A DNA stretch of 64,000 nt from NCBI GenBank assembly GCA_965209155.1, contig OZ242383.1:2464001-2528000 (forward strand), read 5' to 3'. Below the pieces are notes generated by a model, which was not told the origin of the DNA, did not search any database, and saw nothing but the letters and a program-made list of their open reading frames with translations. Source of the stretch: a bacterium. GTDB lineage: Bacteria > SAR324 > NAC60-12. Shown here in pieces: positions 1 through 10,500 of the stretch (the stretch's first letter is position 1; the number at the start of each line of letters is the position of its first letter). Position numbers and translations under genes: made by a program.

Positions 1-1
1 C

Positions 2-781
2 ACCGGGGGATGTGGCTGTCATACTGATTACGAAAATGATGGAGCCTTTCTGGCCGGAGGACGAGTCATCCAAACCCCTTTTGGAACCTTTTTCGGGACC
101 AACATCACACCGCACCAGGAAACCGGGATCGGAGGATGGAGTGACGACGATTTCATTCGAGCCATGACCCGGGGCATAGGTCCCGATGGGACCCATTACG
201 CGCCTGTTTTCCCTTATACGTCCTTCACCCAAATGACCAAAGACGACCTGCTTGCCTTGAAAGCCTATTTGTCTACCGTCCCTGCAATCCGACAAGAGAA
301 CAAACCCCACGAATTGTTTGTCCCTATTGGTGAACGCTTGGGTTTTTTCGTATGGAAAAAATTGTTCTTTCAAGAAAGCCCCTTCCAGTATCAAAGCGAT
401 CAATCACCTCAATGGAATCGTGGCGCCTACCTGGCGGGCGCTTTGGCTCATTGTGAAGAATGCCACACTCCACGGAATTGGCAGGGCGTTCTGGACAGAG
501 AAATGCGATATGCGGGCTCGAGCGATGGTCCGGAAGGGGAATTCGCGCCAAACATCACTCCTGATGATGAAACCGGCATTGGCGAGTGGGTGATTGCCGA
601 TATCGTTTATTTTCTGCAAAATGGAATGAATCCGGATGGAGATGACACGCAAGGATTGATGTATGAAGTGATCGAACATGGTTACACGTATCTGAGCGTG
701 GAAGATTTAGAAGCCCTGGCCGTCTACCTGAAAGCCCTTCCCCCCATTGACAACCCCTTGGAGAGAGGGGAAGAGGAATAA
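2..781 (+). CDS. Diheme cytochrome c of the dehydrogenase cytochrome-subunit type, 5'-truncated by the window edge
   Basis: Frame open from base 2 (TGGCGCHTD...GTNITPHQETGIGGWS) into ORF 164..781. Second heme motif CEECH; duplicated NITPxxETGIGxW motif typical of this family. Confidence 0.85.
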   Translation, partial: TGGCGCHTDYENDGAFLAGGRVIQTPFGTFFGTNITPHQETGIGGWSDDDFIRAMTRGIGPDGTHYAPVFPYTSFTQMTKDDLLALKAYLSTVPAIRQENKPHELFVPIGERLGFFVWKKLFFQESPFQYQSDQSPQWNRGAYLAGALAHCEECHTPRNWQGVLDREMRYAGSSDGPEGEFAPNITPDDETGIGEWVIADIVYFLQNGMNPDGDDTQGLMYEVIEHGYTYLSVEDLEALAVYLKALPPIDNPLERGEEE

Positions 782-2014
782 ATGAAAGCTTCAATGCTTG
801 ATGAAACTCGAGAGCGCGCATTCATCGAGGATTTCGATCTCTATGGCAAAAGAGTCCTCATTCGCTCGGATTTGAACGTCCCGTTGGACGCGAACCGGAA
901 TATCCGGAATGCAAGCCGGATCGAAAGCAGTCTGAAAACAATCCGATACGCCAGGAACCAGGGTGCCCGAGTCATTCTCATATCGCATTTAGGACGCCCC
1001 AACGGCCAACGGGTTGAGAAGCTCAGTTTGAAACCCGTTGCGGAAAGATTATCCCGGATGCTCAACCAGCCGGTGGACCTGGTACCCGAGAGTGTCGGCG
1101 CTATGGTTGAAAAACGGGTCGCTCGTCTGCGAATTGGGGAAGTGGTACTGCTGGAAAATTTGCGATTTCATGCAGGGGAAACGGACAACGAAGAATGCTT
1201 CGCCCGTTCACTCGCCCGCTTGTGTGATATTTACGTAAACGACGCCTTTGGCACCGCGCACCGCGCCCATGCTTCCACTACCGGGATTGCCCGATTCAGC
1301 GACCACGTCGCCATGGGTTATCTTTTACAATTGGAAATTCGGTACCTGACTAAAATCCGCAATAATTCGTCCCGCCCCTTTGTCGTCATTTTGGGAGGAG
1401 CCAAAGTCTCGGATAAAGTGAAAGTCATTCAAAGTTTGCTCCGCTCCGTCCAGGCGCTGATCATCGGAGGTGGGATGGCCTGTACTTTTTACAAGGCCAT
1501 GGGATACGAAATCGGCGACTCTTTGCTCGAAGAAGAAGCGCTGCCCCTTGTCTGGGAAATTATGCGAGAGACGGAAAAACAAAAAGTGTCTTTGCACCTT
1601 GCGGAAGATTGCGTGATTGCGGAAAGCGTGGAAGAATGCGCAGCGATTGAAACCATCCGGGCTTCGCAAGGGGTTCCTGCCGGGTGGAAAATACTGGACA
1701 TCGGCCCCCGTGCCGTTAATACCTTCAGCCAGACCCTGCAAGACGCCAAAACAATTTTCTGGAATGGACCGATGGGAGTTTTTGAAGCAAGCCCTTTTGC
1801 CAGGGGGACCTTCGGGATAGCCAAAGCTTTGGGAGAGGCGACGAAACATGGAGCCATGAGCGTCGTCGGGGGCGGCGATTCGATTGCTGCCATCGAAGCA
1901 ATGGAACTGACGAAGCATATTTCTCACCTCTCTACGGGAGGAGGGGCTTCCCTTGAATTTTTGGAAGGGCTTCCCTTACCGGGAATTGAAGCCATCCCCA
2001 AACGTGTGGATTGA
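782..2014 (+). CDS. pgk: Phosphoglycerate kinase
   Basis: RSDLNVP, SHLGRP, LLENLRF, VNDAFGTAHRAHAS, GGAKVSDK, WNGPMGVFE, HLSTGGGASLE motifs. Confidence 0.98.
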   Translation: MKASMLDETRERAFIEDFDLYGKRVLIRSDLNVPLDANRNIRNASRIESSLKTIRYARNQGARVILISHLGRPNGQRVEKLSLKPVAERLSRMLNQPVDLVPESVGAMVEKRVARLRIGEVVLLENLRFHAGETDNEECFARSLARLCDIYVNDAFGTAHRAHASTTGIARFSDHVAMGYLLQLEIRYLTKIRNNSSRPFVVILGGAKVSDKVKVIQSLLRSVQALIIGGGMACTFYKAMGYEIGDSLLEEEALPLVWEIMRETEKQKVSLHLAEDCVIAESVEECAAIETIRASQGVPAGWKILDIGPRAVNTFSQTLQDAKTIFWNGPMGVFEASPFARGTFGIAKALGEATKHGAMSVVGGGDSIAAIEAMELTKHISHLSTGGGASLEFLEGLPLPGIEAIPKRVD

Positions 2015-2054
2015 AGATACTTCGAGAATGAGTTCGTTAATAACCCTTTGCGAC

Positions 2055-3629
2055 TCAGCCGGAAGCAAGGTGCAGGTTTTTCGAGGATGATCGGGGAGAA
2101 GAAGCTTCCACGATTTTGAGGTTGATCATTTTGAAGGTAGCCCGCACAGCAGCCACGACTTGATCGGTATCCACGCCAATTGTTTTAATGCGTTTGCCCT
2201 GGTTTTCCCAGGTGATGGTCGCCTCGGTCAACGCATCCGTTTGACCCCCTTTGGGAATGCGGATTTCATAATCGAGCAGCTTGGGACACTCGATTCCGGT
2301 TTTATCCAGAATTTTTCGCATTGCCGTCATAAAGGCGTCATAACCCCCATCGCCTTCTCCGGTTGCCAGAAATTCTTCCCCATCGAATTCGACGCATATC
2401 GACGCGGTCGCCCGTAAAGGCCATCCACTGCTCATCGTGCAACTGACGAGACGGATGCGGGCGTACGTTTCATTCTCCAGCACTTCCGTGATGATGAAGG
2501 GCAAATCGGTCATGTTGATGGAGGCTTTCCGGTCCCCCAACTCGACGATGCGATCCAGCACTTTTTGATAATGTTCTTCCGAAAGGCTGAGTCCGAGTTG
2601 CTCCAGGTTCTTGGCCAGCGAGGCCTTGCCACTCATTTTACCGAGGGCATAGGAACGGATCCTTCCGAAGCGCTCCGGAAAGAGGGGATTGTAGTAAAGG
2701 CCTCCTTTTTTATCTCCATCCGCATGAATGCCGCTGGTTTGGGTAAAGACGTCTTCGCCAACAATGGGGGCATTGCTGGCAATACGTTTCCCGGAAAAAA
2801 CTTCAACCAGTTCACTGATCGGTCCCAGGTACGATTCATCCACCGAAAGTTTCATTCCCAATTTATCTCTCAGCACCACCGTGATTTCTGCCAGGGATGC
2901 ATTGCCTGCCCGTTCTCCCAAACAATTGACGGTACAATGGATCGTGCGCACCCCGGCCTTGACGGCGGCCATGGAATTGGCGGTCCCCAATCCATAATCG
3001 TTGTGTGGATGGAAATCGAATCGGGCCCAGGGAAAGCGTTGAATCATGTCGCTGAGACTCTCAAAGACTTCATCGGGCGACATCACCCCTAAAGTATCCG
3101 GTAGCATGAAATGCCGGATTCCACAGTCCCGCAACAAGGTCATCATTTCATAGACGTATTCCGGCTTGTCCTGGTAGCCATTGGACCAGTCTTCCAGGTA
3201 AATATTGATCTCGCATCCCTTTTGGAGGCCATATTGTAGGGTCTTACGGATGTCGGAAACATGTTCATGCAAGGTTTTTTTCAATTGCCCATGACAATGA
3301 TTTTCACTGCCTTTGGTGAGGAGATTCAGCACACGGGCTCCTGTTGAGACAATCCAATCCACGCTTCTTTTATGATCCACGAAACCCAACACTTCGACCC
3401 GGTCCAGGCAGTCATGCTCCCTGGCCCATTCTGTTATACAACGCACGGCATCCCGTTCTCCTTCGGATATCCGGGCGGAAGCGATTTCGACCCGGTCGAT
3501 ATTCACTTGCTCCAGTAAGGCTTTGGCTATATGAAGTTTTTCTTGAGCATTGAATGCAATCCCTTGCGTCTGTTCCCCATCGCGGAGAGTAACGTCCATG
3601 ATCTCGACGGGTTGTCCGGACAATGGCAT
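2055..3629 (-). CDS. cimA: Citramalate synthase (isopropylmalate-synthase family, DRE-TIM with C-terminal regulatory domain)
   Basis: DVTLRDGEQT, HPHNDYGL, GERAGNA. GIHADGDKK and YALGKMSGKA resemble the Leptospira/Bacteroides-type CimA; LeuA not fully excluded. Confidence 0.75.
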   Translation of the reverse strand: MPLSGQPVEIMDVTLRDGEQTQGIAFNAQEKLHIAKALLEQVNIDRVEIASARISEGERDAVRCITEWAREHDCLDRVEVLGFVDHKRSVDWIVSTGARVLNLLTKGSENHCHGQLKKTLHEHVSDIRKTLQYGLQKGCEINIYLEDWSNGYQDKPEYVYEMMTLLRDCGIRHFMLPDTLGVMSPDEVFESLSDMIQRFPWARFDFHPHNDYGLGTANSMAAVKAGVRTIHCTVNCLGERAGNASLAEITVVLRDKLGMKLSVDESYLGPISELVEVFSGKRIASNAPIVGEDVFTQTSGIHADGDKKGGLYYNPLFPERFGRIRSYALGKMSGKASLAKNLEQLGLSLSEEHYQKVLDRIVELGDRKASINMTDLPFIITEVLENETYARIRLVSCTMSSGWPLRATASICVEFDGEEFLATGEGDGGYDAFMTAMRKILDKTGIECPKLLDYEIRIPKGGQTDALTEATITWENQGKRIKTIGVDTDQVVAAVRATFKMINLKIVEASSPRSSSKNLHLASG

Positions 3630-3725
3630 AGCGATCTTTTCCTGAGTTGAAACAGGTTGATTTCAATAATGAATGACGCGCACGAAAGCCATATTCGCAT
3701 ATTTCCCCGGAAAGTCAACCCTGAG

Positions 3726-4010
3726 TAACCCGAGTTCGAGATAAATCTTCAATAATACGAGAATCCTGGTGTATAGGTCATCGTCACTCAATCCTGGATC
3801 CAGTCCGGGATGACAGGCATGACTCAATGATGTGTCATCCCGGTCCCGGATCGAGTCCGGGATGATCCGGTATCCAGGGTTCATGCCAATTTCCCTCTTC
3901 CACGTCACTCTGGATTCCTAATCAAGCCAGGCATGACACGCTCCTGCTCCTGGATCCAGTCCGGGATGACAGGCATGACACGCTCCTGCTCCTGGATCCA
4001 GTCCGGGATG
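3726..4010. repeat. Cluster of REP-like palindromes plus one end of the TAACC(C/T)GAGTTCGA element
   Basis: Repeated CTGGATCCAGTCCGGGATGAC and GTCATCCCGG...CCGGGATGA hairpins. 3726-3775 matches the reverse complement of ~41327-41373. Confidence 0.8.
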
Positions 4011-4034
4011 CGAGGCTATCCGACAAAATTCAGT

Positions 4035-4412
4035 CTATTTTTTTATCAGGAAATGCAGGAGGACGCTGCCTGTCAATACGAAAGTGAGGGCAAAATGAAC
4101 TTCAGTTGACAGGGCCAGGGATTGATTCCCGTAGAGAAGCAACAGAATTCCCGAGAAGATTAAGCCGCTCCCGGCAACCAGCTGCGTTACGCCGGAAACT
4201 GAAACCAAAGAGACGCTTTTCAAACGTCGACGGTTTGTGCGGATATGGTCCCAAGCGTACATGGGAAAAATCACAACGAATACGATTCCAGCCCAGATGT
4301 GCAAAGTTGAAATGGTTGACCATCCCGTGAACGATTCCCATTCTGTTCTGTAGTGAAGAATCAATCCGGATATGACTAAAAAAAGGCCACTGCCCACCAC
4401 TAATTTTCGCAT
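4035..4412 (-). CDS. Small integral membrane protein, about 4 TM helices with His residues (possibly cytochrome b-like/DUF4405-like)
   Basis: Hydrophobic ORF from MRKLVV. The longer predicted start runs into a repeat element. Confidence 0.6.
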   Translation of the reverse strand: MRKLVVGSGLFLVISGLILHYRTEWESFTGWSTISTLHIWAGIVFVVIFPMYAWDHIRTNRRRLKSVSLVSVSGVTQLVAGSGLIFSGILLLLYGNQSLALSTEVHFALTFVLTGSVLLHFLIKK

Positions 4413-4429
4413 AAAATATACCTCTTTTG

Positions 4430-4899
4430 TACGTGAATCAGGAGTGAAACAACGTGTCATTCCAGGCTTGACCAGGAATCCAGTGGAATACGCGCGTTAT
4501 TCCGGATTCCGGATCATCCTGTTCCTGGATCATCCCAAGCTTGAACCGGGACTGGCATGACAAAAGATTGAGTCATTCCAGGCTTGACCAGGAATCCAGT
4601 ATGCCTTTTCGCCTTTGTCCCTTCCCTCTGCCCCCTTGTGTCATTCCAGGCTTGACCAGCAATCCAGCATTGTGTCATTCTTGGCTTGATCGGGAATCCA
4701 GTGGAATACGCGCGTTATTCCGGATTCCGGATCATCCCGGGTTTGAACCGGGACTGGCATGACAAAAGATTGAGTCATTCCAGGCTTGACCAGCAATCCA
4801 GGGGAATCGAATCAAACCCTGGATTCCCGCTCCCTGCTCCCTGCTTTCGCAGGGACAAGTTTCGCAGGAATGACACGTTTTTAACTCCTGATTCACGTA
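4430..4899. mobile_element. Non-coding MITE-like element (family B) filled with REP-like palindromes
   Basis: Perfect 16-bp terminal inverted repeats TACGTGAATCAGGAGT / ACTCCTGATTCACGTA; several internal GTCATTCCAGGCTTGACCAG(G/C)AATCCAG units. Confidence 0.75.
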
Positions 4900-4944
4900 A
4901 ATATTCTGTATAAACATTAATCATTCTATCAATTGGAGTTTCCT

Positions 4945-5352
4945 ATGGCATCTATTTTCACGCAGATCATCCATGGCGCCATCCCATGTGAAAAAATCCA
5001 TGAATCCGAACATGCCATTGCTTTTCTGGACATTGCGCCTTGTATCTTCGGACATACCCTCGTTGTCGCCAAACGGGAGGTTGCCCGCTTGGAAGAACTC
5101 CCGGCAGAGGAAGCCGCGGCGTTGATGCATTTTTTACAGGAGGTGTCGAAAGCCGTCAGCCAGGCTTATGGTGGCGTGGACTACAGCGTTATGCTTAACA
5201 ACGGTCCCGGTGCCGGCCAGGAAGTGCCTCATATCCATTTCCATGTCATCCCCCACCCGGCCGGAGTGTCGGTCGACTTTAAAAAACGTCTGAGCTATAC
5301 TGGTGACCAACGAAAACAGACGGGGGAAAAAATTCGCGCGTGTCTGTCTTGA
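4945..5352 (+). CDS. HIT family nucleotide hydrolase
   Basis: SIFTQII..IP N-terminus, AFLDIAP, GAGQEVPHIHFHVIP histidine triad. Confidence 0.93.
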   Translation: MASIFTQIIHGAIPCEKIHESEHAIAFLDIAPCIFGHTLVVAKREVARLEELPAEEAAALMHFLQEVSKAVSQAYGGVDYSVMLNNGPGAGQEVPHIHFHVIPHPAGVSVDFKKRLSYTGDQRKQTGEKIRACLS

Positions 5353-5426
5353 GGACTACGTCCGATTTATAGCGGACCTGGTTCAGGTCCAGCCCCCATT
5401 GAGTTTCATTTTAAAAGGAGAAATCA

Positions 5427-6134
5427 ATGAAAACAGAACGAATCGAATACGATGATAACGGATTGACCTTGGAGGCCCATGTGGCCTACCCGGAAGGGGA
5501 GGGGAAACGACCGCTGGTCCTGGTTTCCCATGCTTGGGCCGGAAGAGATAAATTTGAAGACGACAAAGCGGAAGCCTTGGCGGAATTGGGCTACGTGGGT
5601 TTTGCCCTGGACCTCTATGGCAAAGGCGTGTTGGGAGGCAGCGTGGAAGAAAACACGGCACTGATGACTCCTTTACTGGAAGACCGGGCTTTGTTGAGAC
5701 GACGAATCACCGCCGCATTGAACAGAGCCTGCCGGTTGGAAGGGGTGGACGCCTCCCGGGTCGGGGCGATTGGTTTTTGTTTCGGAGGCTTGTGCGTGCT
5801 CGATTTAGCGCGCAGTGGCGCTGACGTGAAAGGAGTCGTCAGTTTTCACGGGCTTTTCAATTCAGCGGAAAATTTACCCAATCAACCCATCAAAGCCAAG
5901 ATCCTGGCGCTTCATGGACAAGAGGATCCCATGGTTCCTCCGGAAATGGTCAGCGCTTTACAAAAAGAGCTCAGCGAGGCCGGAGTGGACTGGCAGGTCC
6001 ATGCTTATGGAAACACGCACCATGCCTTCACCAATCCACAAGCCAATGATCCCGAGATGGGAACCGTGTACAACGCCGATGCGGACCGACGCTCCTGGAT
6101 TGCCATGAAGAACTTTTTCGCAGAAATTTTGTAA
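5427..6134 (+). CDS. Dienelactone hydrolase family protein
   Basis: GFCFGG nucleophile motif, HGQEDP, HAFTNP; AGGAG RBS upstream. Confidence 0.93.
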   Translation: MKTERIEYDDNGLTLEAHVAYPEGEGKRPLVLVSHAWAGRDKFEDDKAEALAELGYVGFALDLYGKGVLGGSVEENTALMTPLLEDRALLRRRITAALNRACRLEGVDASRVGAIGFCFGGLCVLDLARSGADVKGVVSFHGLFNSAENLPNQPIKAKILALHGQEDPMVPPEMVSALQKELSEAGVDWQVHAYGNTHHAFTNPQANDPEMGTVYNADADRRSWIAMKNFFAEIL

Positions 6135-6198
6135 AATCCGCTGCCCCGTAAAATCCGGGGACAGTGACGAAAATAAATCACGAAAACCAGACCCGATA

Positions 6199-7110
6199 TT
6201 AGCGGGAATCGGAATCTTTCTCTTGGAGGAGAGCACGCAGCCGTTCGACTTCCGCAAGCGCGTCTTCTTTTTCTTGCCGCTCTATTTCTGCTCTTGCCAA
6301 GGCAATTTTTTCTCTTGCCAATGCGTTTTCTTTTTGTTGTCGCTCTTTTTCTTTTTGTTGTCGCTCTTTTTCTTTCAGTTGTCGCTCTTTTTCTTTTTGC
6401 TGACGCTCTTGTTGGAAGCTTTTCAGGAGAAACGGTTGGTAGAGAGGATCCTCAATTAATGTTTCAAAGGCCACCTGTTTTTCTAAATCCTCCAGACGAA
6501 AGGCGAAACGATCCAAAACCCGGGAATGAATCACCCCGGGCTCTTGGTGCTTCATCCTCTCATAAACCCCTTGCTGATTCAGAAAATAGAAAGCGGTGTG
6601 CTTGCGCAAACGGTCTAAAATATAATATTCCGCCACCCCTGCTTTGGCATATTCTCTTTTTTTGTGGACCGTATCCCGTTCCACCTCCGCGGGAGTCGAG
6701 TCGGATAAAAACTCGATACAGAGATCACAAACTCCCCTAAAAGAACGGTCCAGGGGTTTGGCCTCGACAAGATTGGAATGGAGAATCACGGCCAGATCCG
6801 GTTTGCGAATACTCACCTTTTTCTTTCCCAACTCCAAACGAAAGCCCATTTCCAATACCATCATCCGTCCGATGGGAAAGACAGTCAAATATTCTTCTAA
6901 TAAGCGATAAAACCATTGGTAGAGGGAGATGCTTAGAAAATCGGGCATGGGCTTTTCTTCCAAGAGTCCATTGTTCCATTCATATGAATGATCCGGGTAT
7001 TCATAATACGTCTTCCAATACTCAGCCTCACTCACCCTGAGCGGCTCCTTGGCAGAAGGAGGCAACCGTCTTGGAGAAGGGCGGTTTTTGACGGATTCTA
7101 AAGTAGTCAT
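6199..7110 (-). CDS. Uma2/DUF820 family PD-(D/E)XK endonuclease-like protein with C-terminal coiled-coil repeat
   Basis: YEWNNGLLEEKPM, RKPDLAV, IEFLS, KKREYAKAGVAEYYILD; tail ERQ(Q/L)KEK repeated by a 21-bp unit. Confidence 0.88.
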   Translation of the reverse strand: MTTLESVKNRPSPRRLPPSAKEPLRVSEAEYWKTYYEYPDHSYEWNNGLLEEKPMPDFLSISLYQWFYRLLEEYLTVFPIGRMMVLEMGFRLELGKKKVSIRKPDLAVILHSNLVEAKPLDRSFRGVCDLCIEFLSDSTPAEVERDTVHKKREYAKAGVAEYYILDRLRKHTAFYFLNQQGVYERMKHQEPGVIHSRVLDRFAFRLEDLEKQVAFETLIEDPLYQPFLLKSFQQERQQKEKERQLKEKERQQKEKERQQKENALAREKIALARAEIERQEKEDALAEVERLRALLQEKDSDSR

Positions 7111-7482
7111 GATACCCTCGATGGGAAGGAGAGGTGAAATTTGTCGTCTTTTCAAAAACATAACACATTGTGTAGAGGACAGCAAATTCTATGTTGATCG
7201 ACTTGTCACTATTCAGGTATCTTCCGAGAACCCATCGATTCCCCACCTCGAGGCTCTTCAAGAAGCCAGTCCACTCTTTGAAAAAGAACGAGAGCCATGG
7301 AAGCAAGAGCGCTTAGAATTCTGAGGAGATCCTATGCAAAAAGGTAGCACCTGCGGCAATCCAGTTCCTGAAATTTCAGAGGAATTGCTATCTATTTGGT
7401 ATCGCAATCAGACCCGAGTTCGCTAAGCTACTCCTCATTTCATCTCTCCAGGATTCGGCCATCCACCCGACAAACAATTCCG

Positions 7483-7512
7483 TTGACAGGTTGCGTTCTA
7501 TTTGTTTACTAT
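7483..7512 (+). promoter_or_regulatory. Putative sigma70 promoter of the first large regulator
   Basis: TTGACA (7483) - 18 bp - TACTAT (7507), about 80 bp upstream of ATG 7595. Confidence 0.5.
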
Positions 7513-7594
7513 CTATCCGCTTGATCAACACGATTGAGCTTCTGACATTTCAGAGGAATTGCTATCTATTTGCTATCGCGATCAGGCCAGATCC

Positions 7595-10500
7595 ATGAAA
7601 GACAAAATCACTAAACAGGCTGTCGAGTCCCTCAAGCCTGGGTCTAAAGACCGCATATTGTGGGACACGGAACTGCCGATGTTCGGCTGTAAAATAACCC
7701 CCAAGGGCAGACGGGTCTACCTCCTGCAATACCGCATCAAGGGACGGCAGAGACGCTATACCATTGGCACCCATGGGGTTTTGATCGCCAGGGAAGCCCG
7801 CAACATTGCCAGGAACCTGCTGCATGAGGTGGTTCTGGGTCATGACCCGGCGGATGCGAAGATGAATAAAGGGGATCAAACGGATGGCATGATTCAAAAC
7901 CGTTCTCAACGCCGCAAGCAGCAAGTTGTTAAACCCAAAGCTTCTCACACCCGCGGAAATCCGCGGAAATCTGCGGCCAAAGCGAATAAAGCGGCTCCAG
8001 GACCTCCTGAACCGATTGTAAACAAAACGAAATCCATTTCCAATCCGGATAAGCCTGAGATTCCGGGTTATTCGCTGGAGGAGGTCATTTTTGAAAGCAG
8101 CCGGACCTGGCTCTGGCGCGGCAGGCGGCAAAGCGACGGGCTTTCGGTCCTGATCAAGGGACCTTCATCTCAGCAGAGCGCGCAGGATCTGGCGGAAATA
8201 CGGCACGAGTATGAGATCACCCGGGATCTGGAGATCGATGGGGTCCTCAAGGCAGAGGAGCTGGTGCAGTGTGAAAACGGGTGGACCTTGATCCTGGAAA
8301 ACACCGATGCGCTCCCTTTAAGAAAGCTGATGGATACCGCGCGGCTCGACCTGCTGGACTCGTTGAAGGTAGCGCTTTCACTGACCAGCACCCTCAAAGA
8401 AGTGCACCAGCAGGGCCTCCTGCATAAAATGATCAATCCGTTGAACATTTTTGTCGATCCGGCATCGGGGACGGTCAAACTGAGCGGCTTCGGCCTGGCC
8501 ACCCGGCTTCCACGGGAAAATTTGGCGACGTTGAGTCCCCAGCTTAGCGGGGAAACCCTGCCCTATATCTCCCCCGAGCAGACCGGCCGGATGAACCGCC
8601 CTCTCGATTATCGCAGTGATTTTTATTCCCTGGGCGCTACCCTCTATGAACTTTTCAGCGGAAGAGTGCCTTTTGGGTCCCGGGAGGCCATGGAAATCAT
8701 CCACGCTCACATTGCCCGGCAGACCCCGCCTCCTGACGAGATTGAACCGCAAATACCCAGAGTCCTTTCCCGCCTGGTGATGAAACTAATGGCCAAGCGT
8801 GCCGAGGCGCGCTACCAGAGTCACTCGGGCCTTTCAGCCGATCTGCTGGCATGTGTGGAGCAGCTCGAAAACCAGGGGAGCCTGTCCGACTTTCCACTGG
8901 CTCGCCTGGACATTCCCAAAGAATTGCAGATCGCCCCGGGGCTTTACGGCCGGAAGGATGAAATCACCGCCCTGGAAGCCGCCCTGGAGCGAGTGAGCCA
9001 GGGAGCGACCGAGATGGTGCTGATCTCGGGATCCGCTGGTGTCGGCAAAACCGCCCTGGTTGGTGAAATTCACCAGTCCGTTGCCCAAAAAAACGGCTTC
9101 TTCCTCTCCGGCAAATTTGACCAGCTCCGGCACAATATCCCCTACAGCGCCCTGATCCAGGCGCTACGGGGACTCATCCGGGAGATATCGGTCGCAAACA
9201 AATCCGGAATGGAGCGTTGGAAAAACAGGATACGGACTGCCCTGGGAGCCAACGGACAACTGGTGACCCGAGTGATCCCGGAACTGGAACTGATGATCGG
9301 CCCGCAACCCCCACTACCGGAAATGGGAGCGCTGGAGTCCCGCAACCGCTTCACTGCCGTTTTACTGGAATTCATCGGCCTTTTCTGTGAAAAAACCCAT
9401 CCGCTGGTTATTTTTCTGGACGACTTGCAGTGGGTGGACGTCGATACCCTCAAGCTGGTGGAACGCATTGCTCGGGATCCGGAGAGGAAACCTCTGCTTT
9501 TCCTGGGAGCCTATCGCGACAACGAGGTGGAGGCCGATCACCGGTTGTCGATCAGTTGTGAGGTGATCAAAAAAACTGGCCAGCCGCTGCAGACGATCCC
9601 TTTAAAGTCCCTCAACCCGGAGAACATCTCACAACTGCTCGTCCATACCTGCCACTGTCGTCCTGAAGAGGCCAAACCGCTGGCCGAACTCCTGGCGCGC
9701 AAAACCGGCGGCAATCCCTTCTTTGTGGGCCAGTTCTTGACAGTACTCTCCGAGAAGGGCCTGATCGGTTACTCCCCTGAGGAAAAACGATGGACCTGGG
9801 ACCTGGCTGCCATCGAGTTCCTGGCGGTGACCGAGAATGTGGTGGAGATGCTGGTTGACCGGCTCCACCGGTTTTCCGCTGAAACCAGGCGACTTTTAAG
9901 CCTGGCGGCCTGCATCGGCAATACTTTTGACCTTGAATCCCTGGAGTTGATCAGCGGAGAAGAAGGCGGGGAGATCAATGAGAACCTGTTGCCGGCCCTG
10001 GAAACCGGGTTGATCCTCGGTTTTTCCCGGGCTCCGCAGCTGGATAATCCGACTGACGGGGCGAGCGCGGAGAGCAGCAGTTACAAATTCCTGCATGACC
10101 GGGTGCAGCAGGCTGCCTATGCCCTCATTGCCCAAAAGGAGAGAAAGCCGGTCCATCTTCAAATCGGTCAGACCTTACTCAAGCAATACGCTCCAGAGAA
10201 AGCTGAAGATCTGCTTTTTGACATCGTCCACCATCTCAACCTGGCCCGGAGGGTGAAGGATAAATGGAAAGAACGATCGCAGCTGGCAGAACTCAACCTG
10301 GAAGCCGGTCTTAAGGCCAGGGCGGCTTCGGCTTTTGAACAGGCCCTGGAATATTTTACCATCGGCCTGGAGCTCTTAGGAGCCGCCGCCTGGAAACGGC
10401 AATACTCCCTGGCCTTATCCCTGCACGAAGCAGCCACGGAGATGTCATCGCTCTGCGGCCGCTTCGAGTTGATGGAGAAGCTGGCGGGTGCCGTGAAAGA

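Noticed and set aside
3663..3908. Short ORFs over REP-like clusters (also 4372-4917, 41175-41381, 45842-46051)
   Set aside because: They are translations of palindromic repeats (VIPGLTRNP, GSGLKVW), not genes.
4430..4899. Possible CRISPR array
   Set aside because: Spacing is irregular, intervening sequences are themselves repeated, units are REP-like hairpins, and no cas genes are present.
6320..6410. 21-bp tandem repeat in the Uma2-like gene as a novel feature
   Set aside because: Variable coiled-coil tails are common in this family; recorded only as part of the CDS.
7049..7324. 91-aa plus-strand ORF ending WKQERLEF
   Set aside because: It overlaps the Uma2 gene start and has no recognisable motif; possibly a gene relic but unsupported.
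7595..7860. Intact integrase or prophage boundary
   Set aside because: Only the arm-binding domain is present; no catalytic tyrosine-recombinase domain, tRNA or phage genes.
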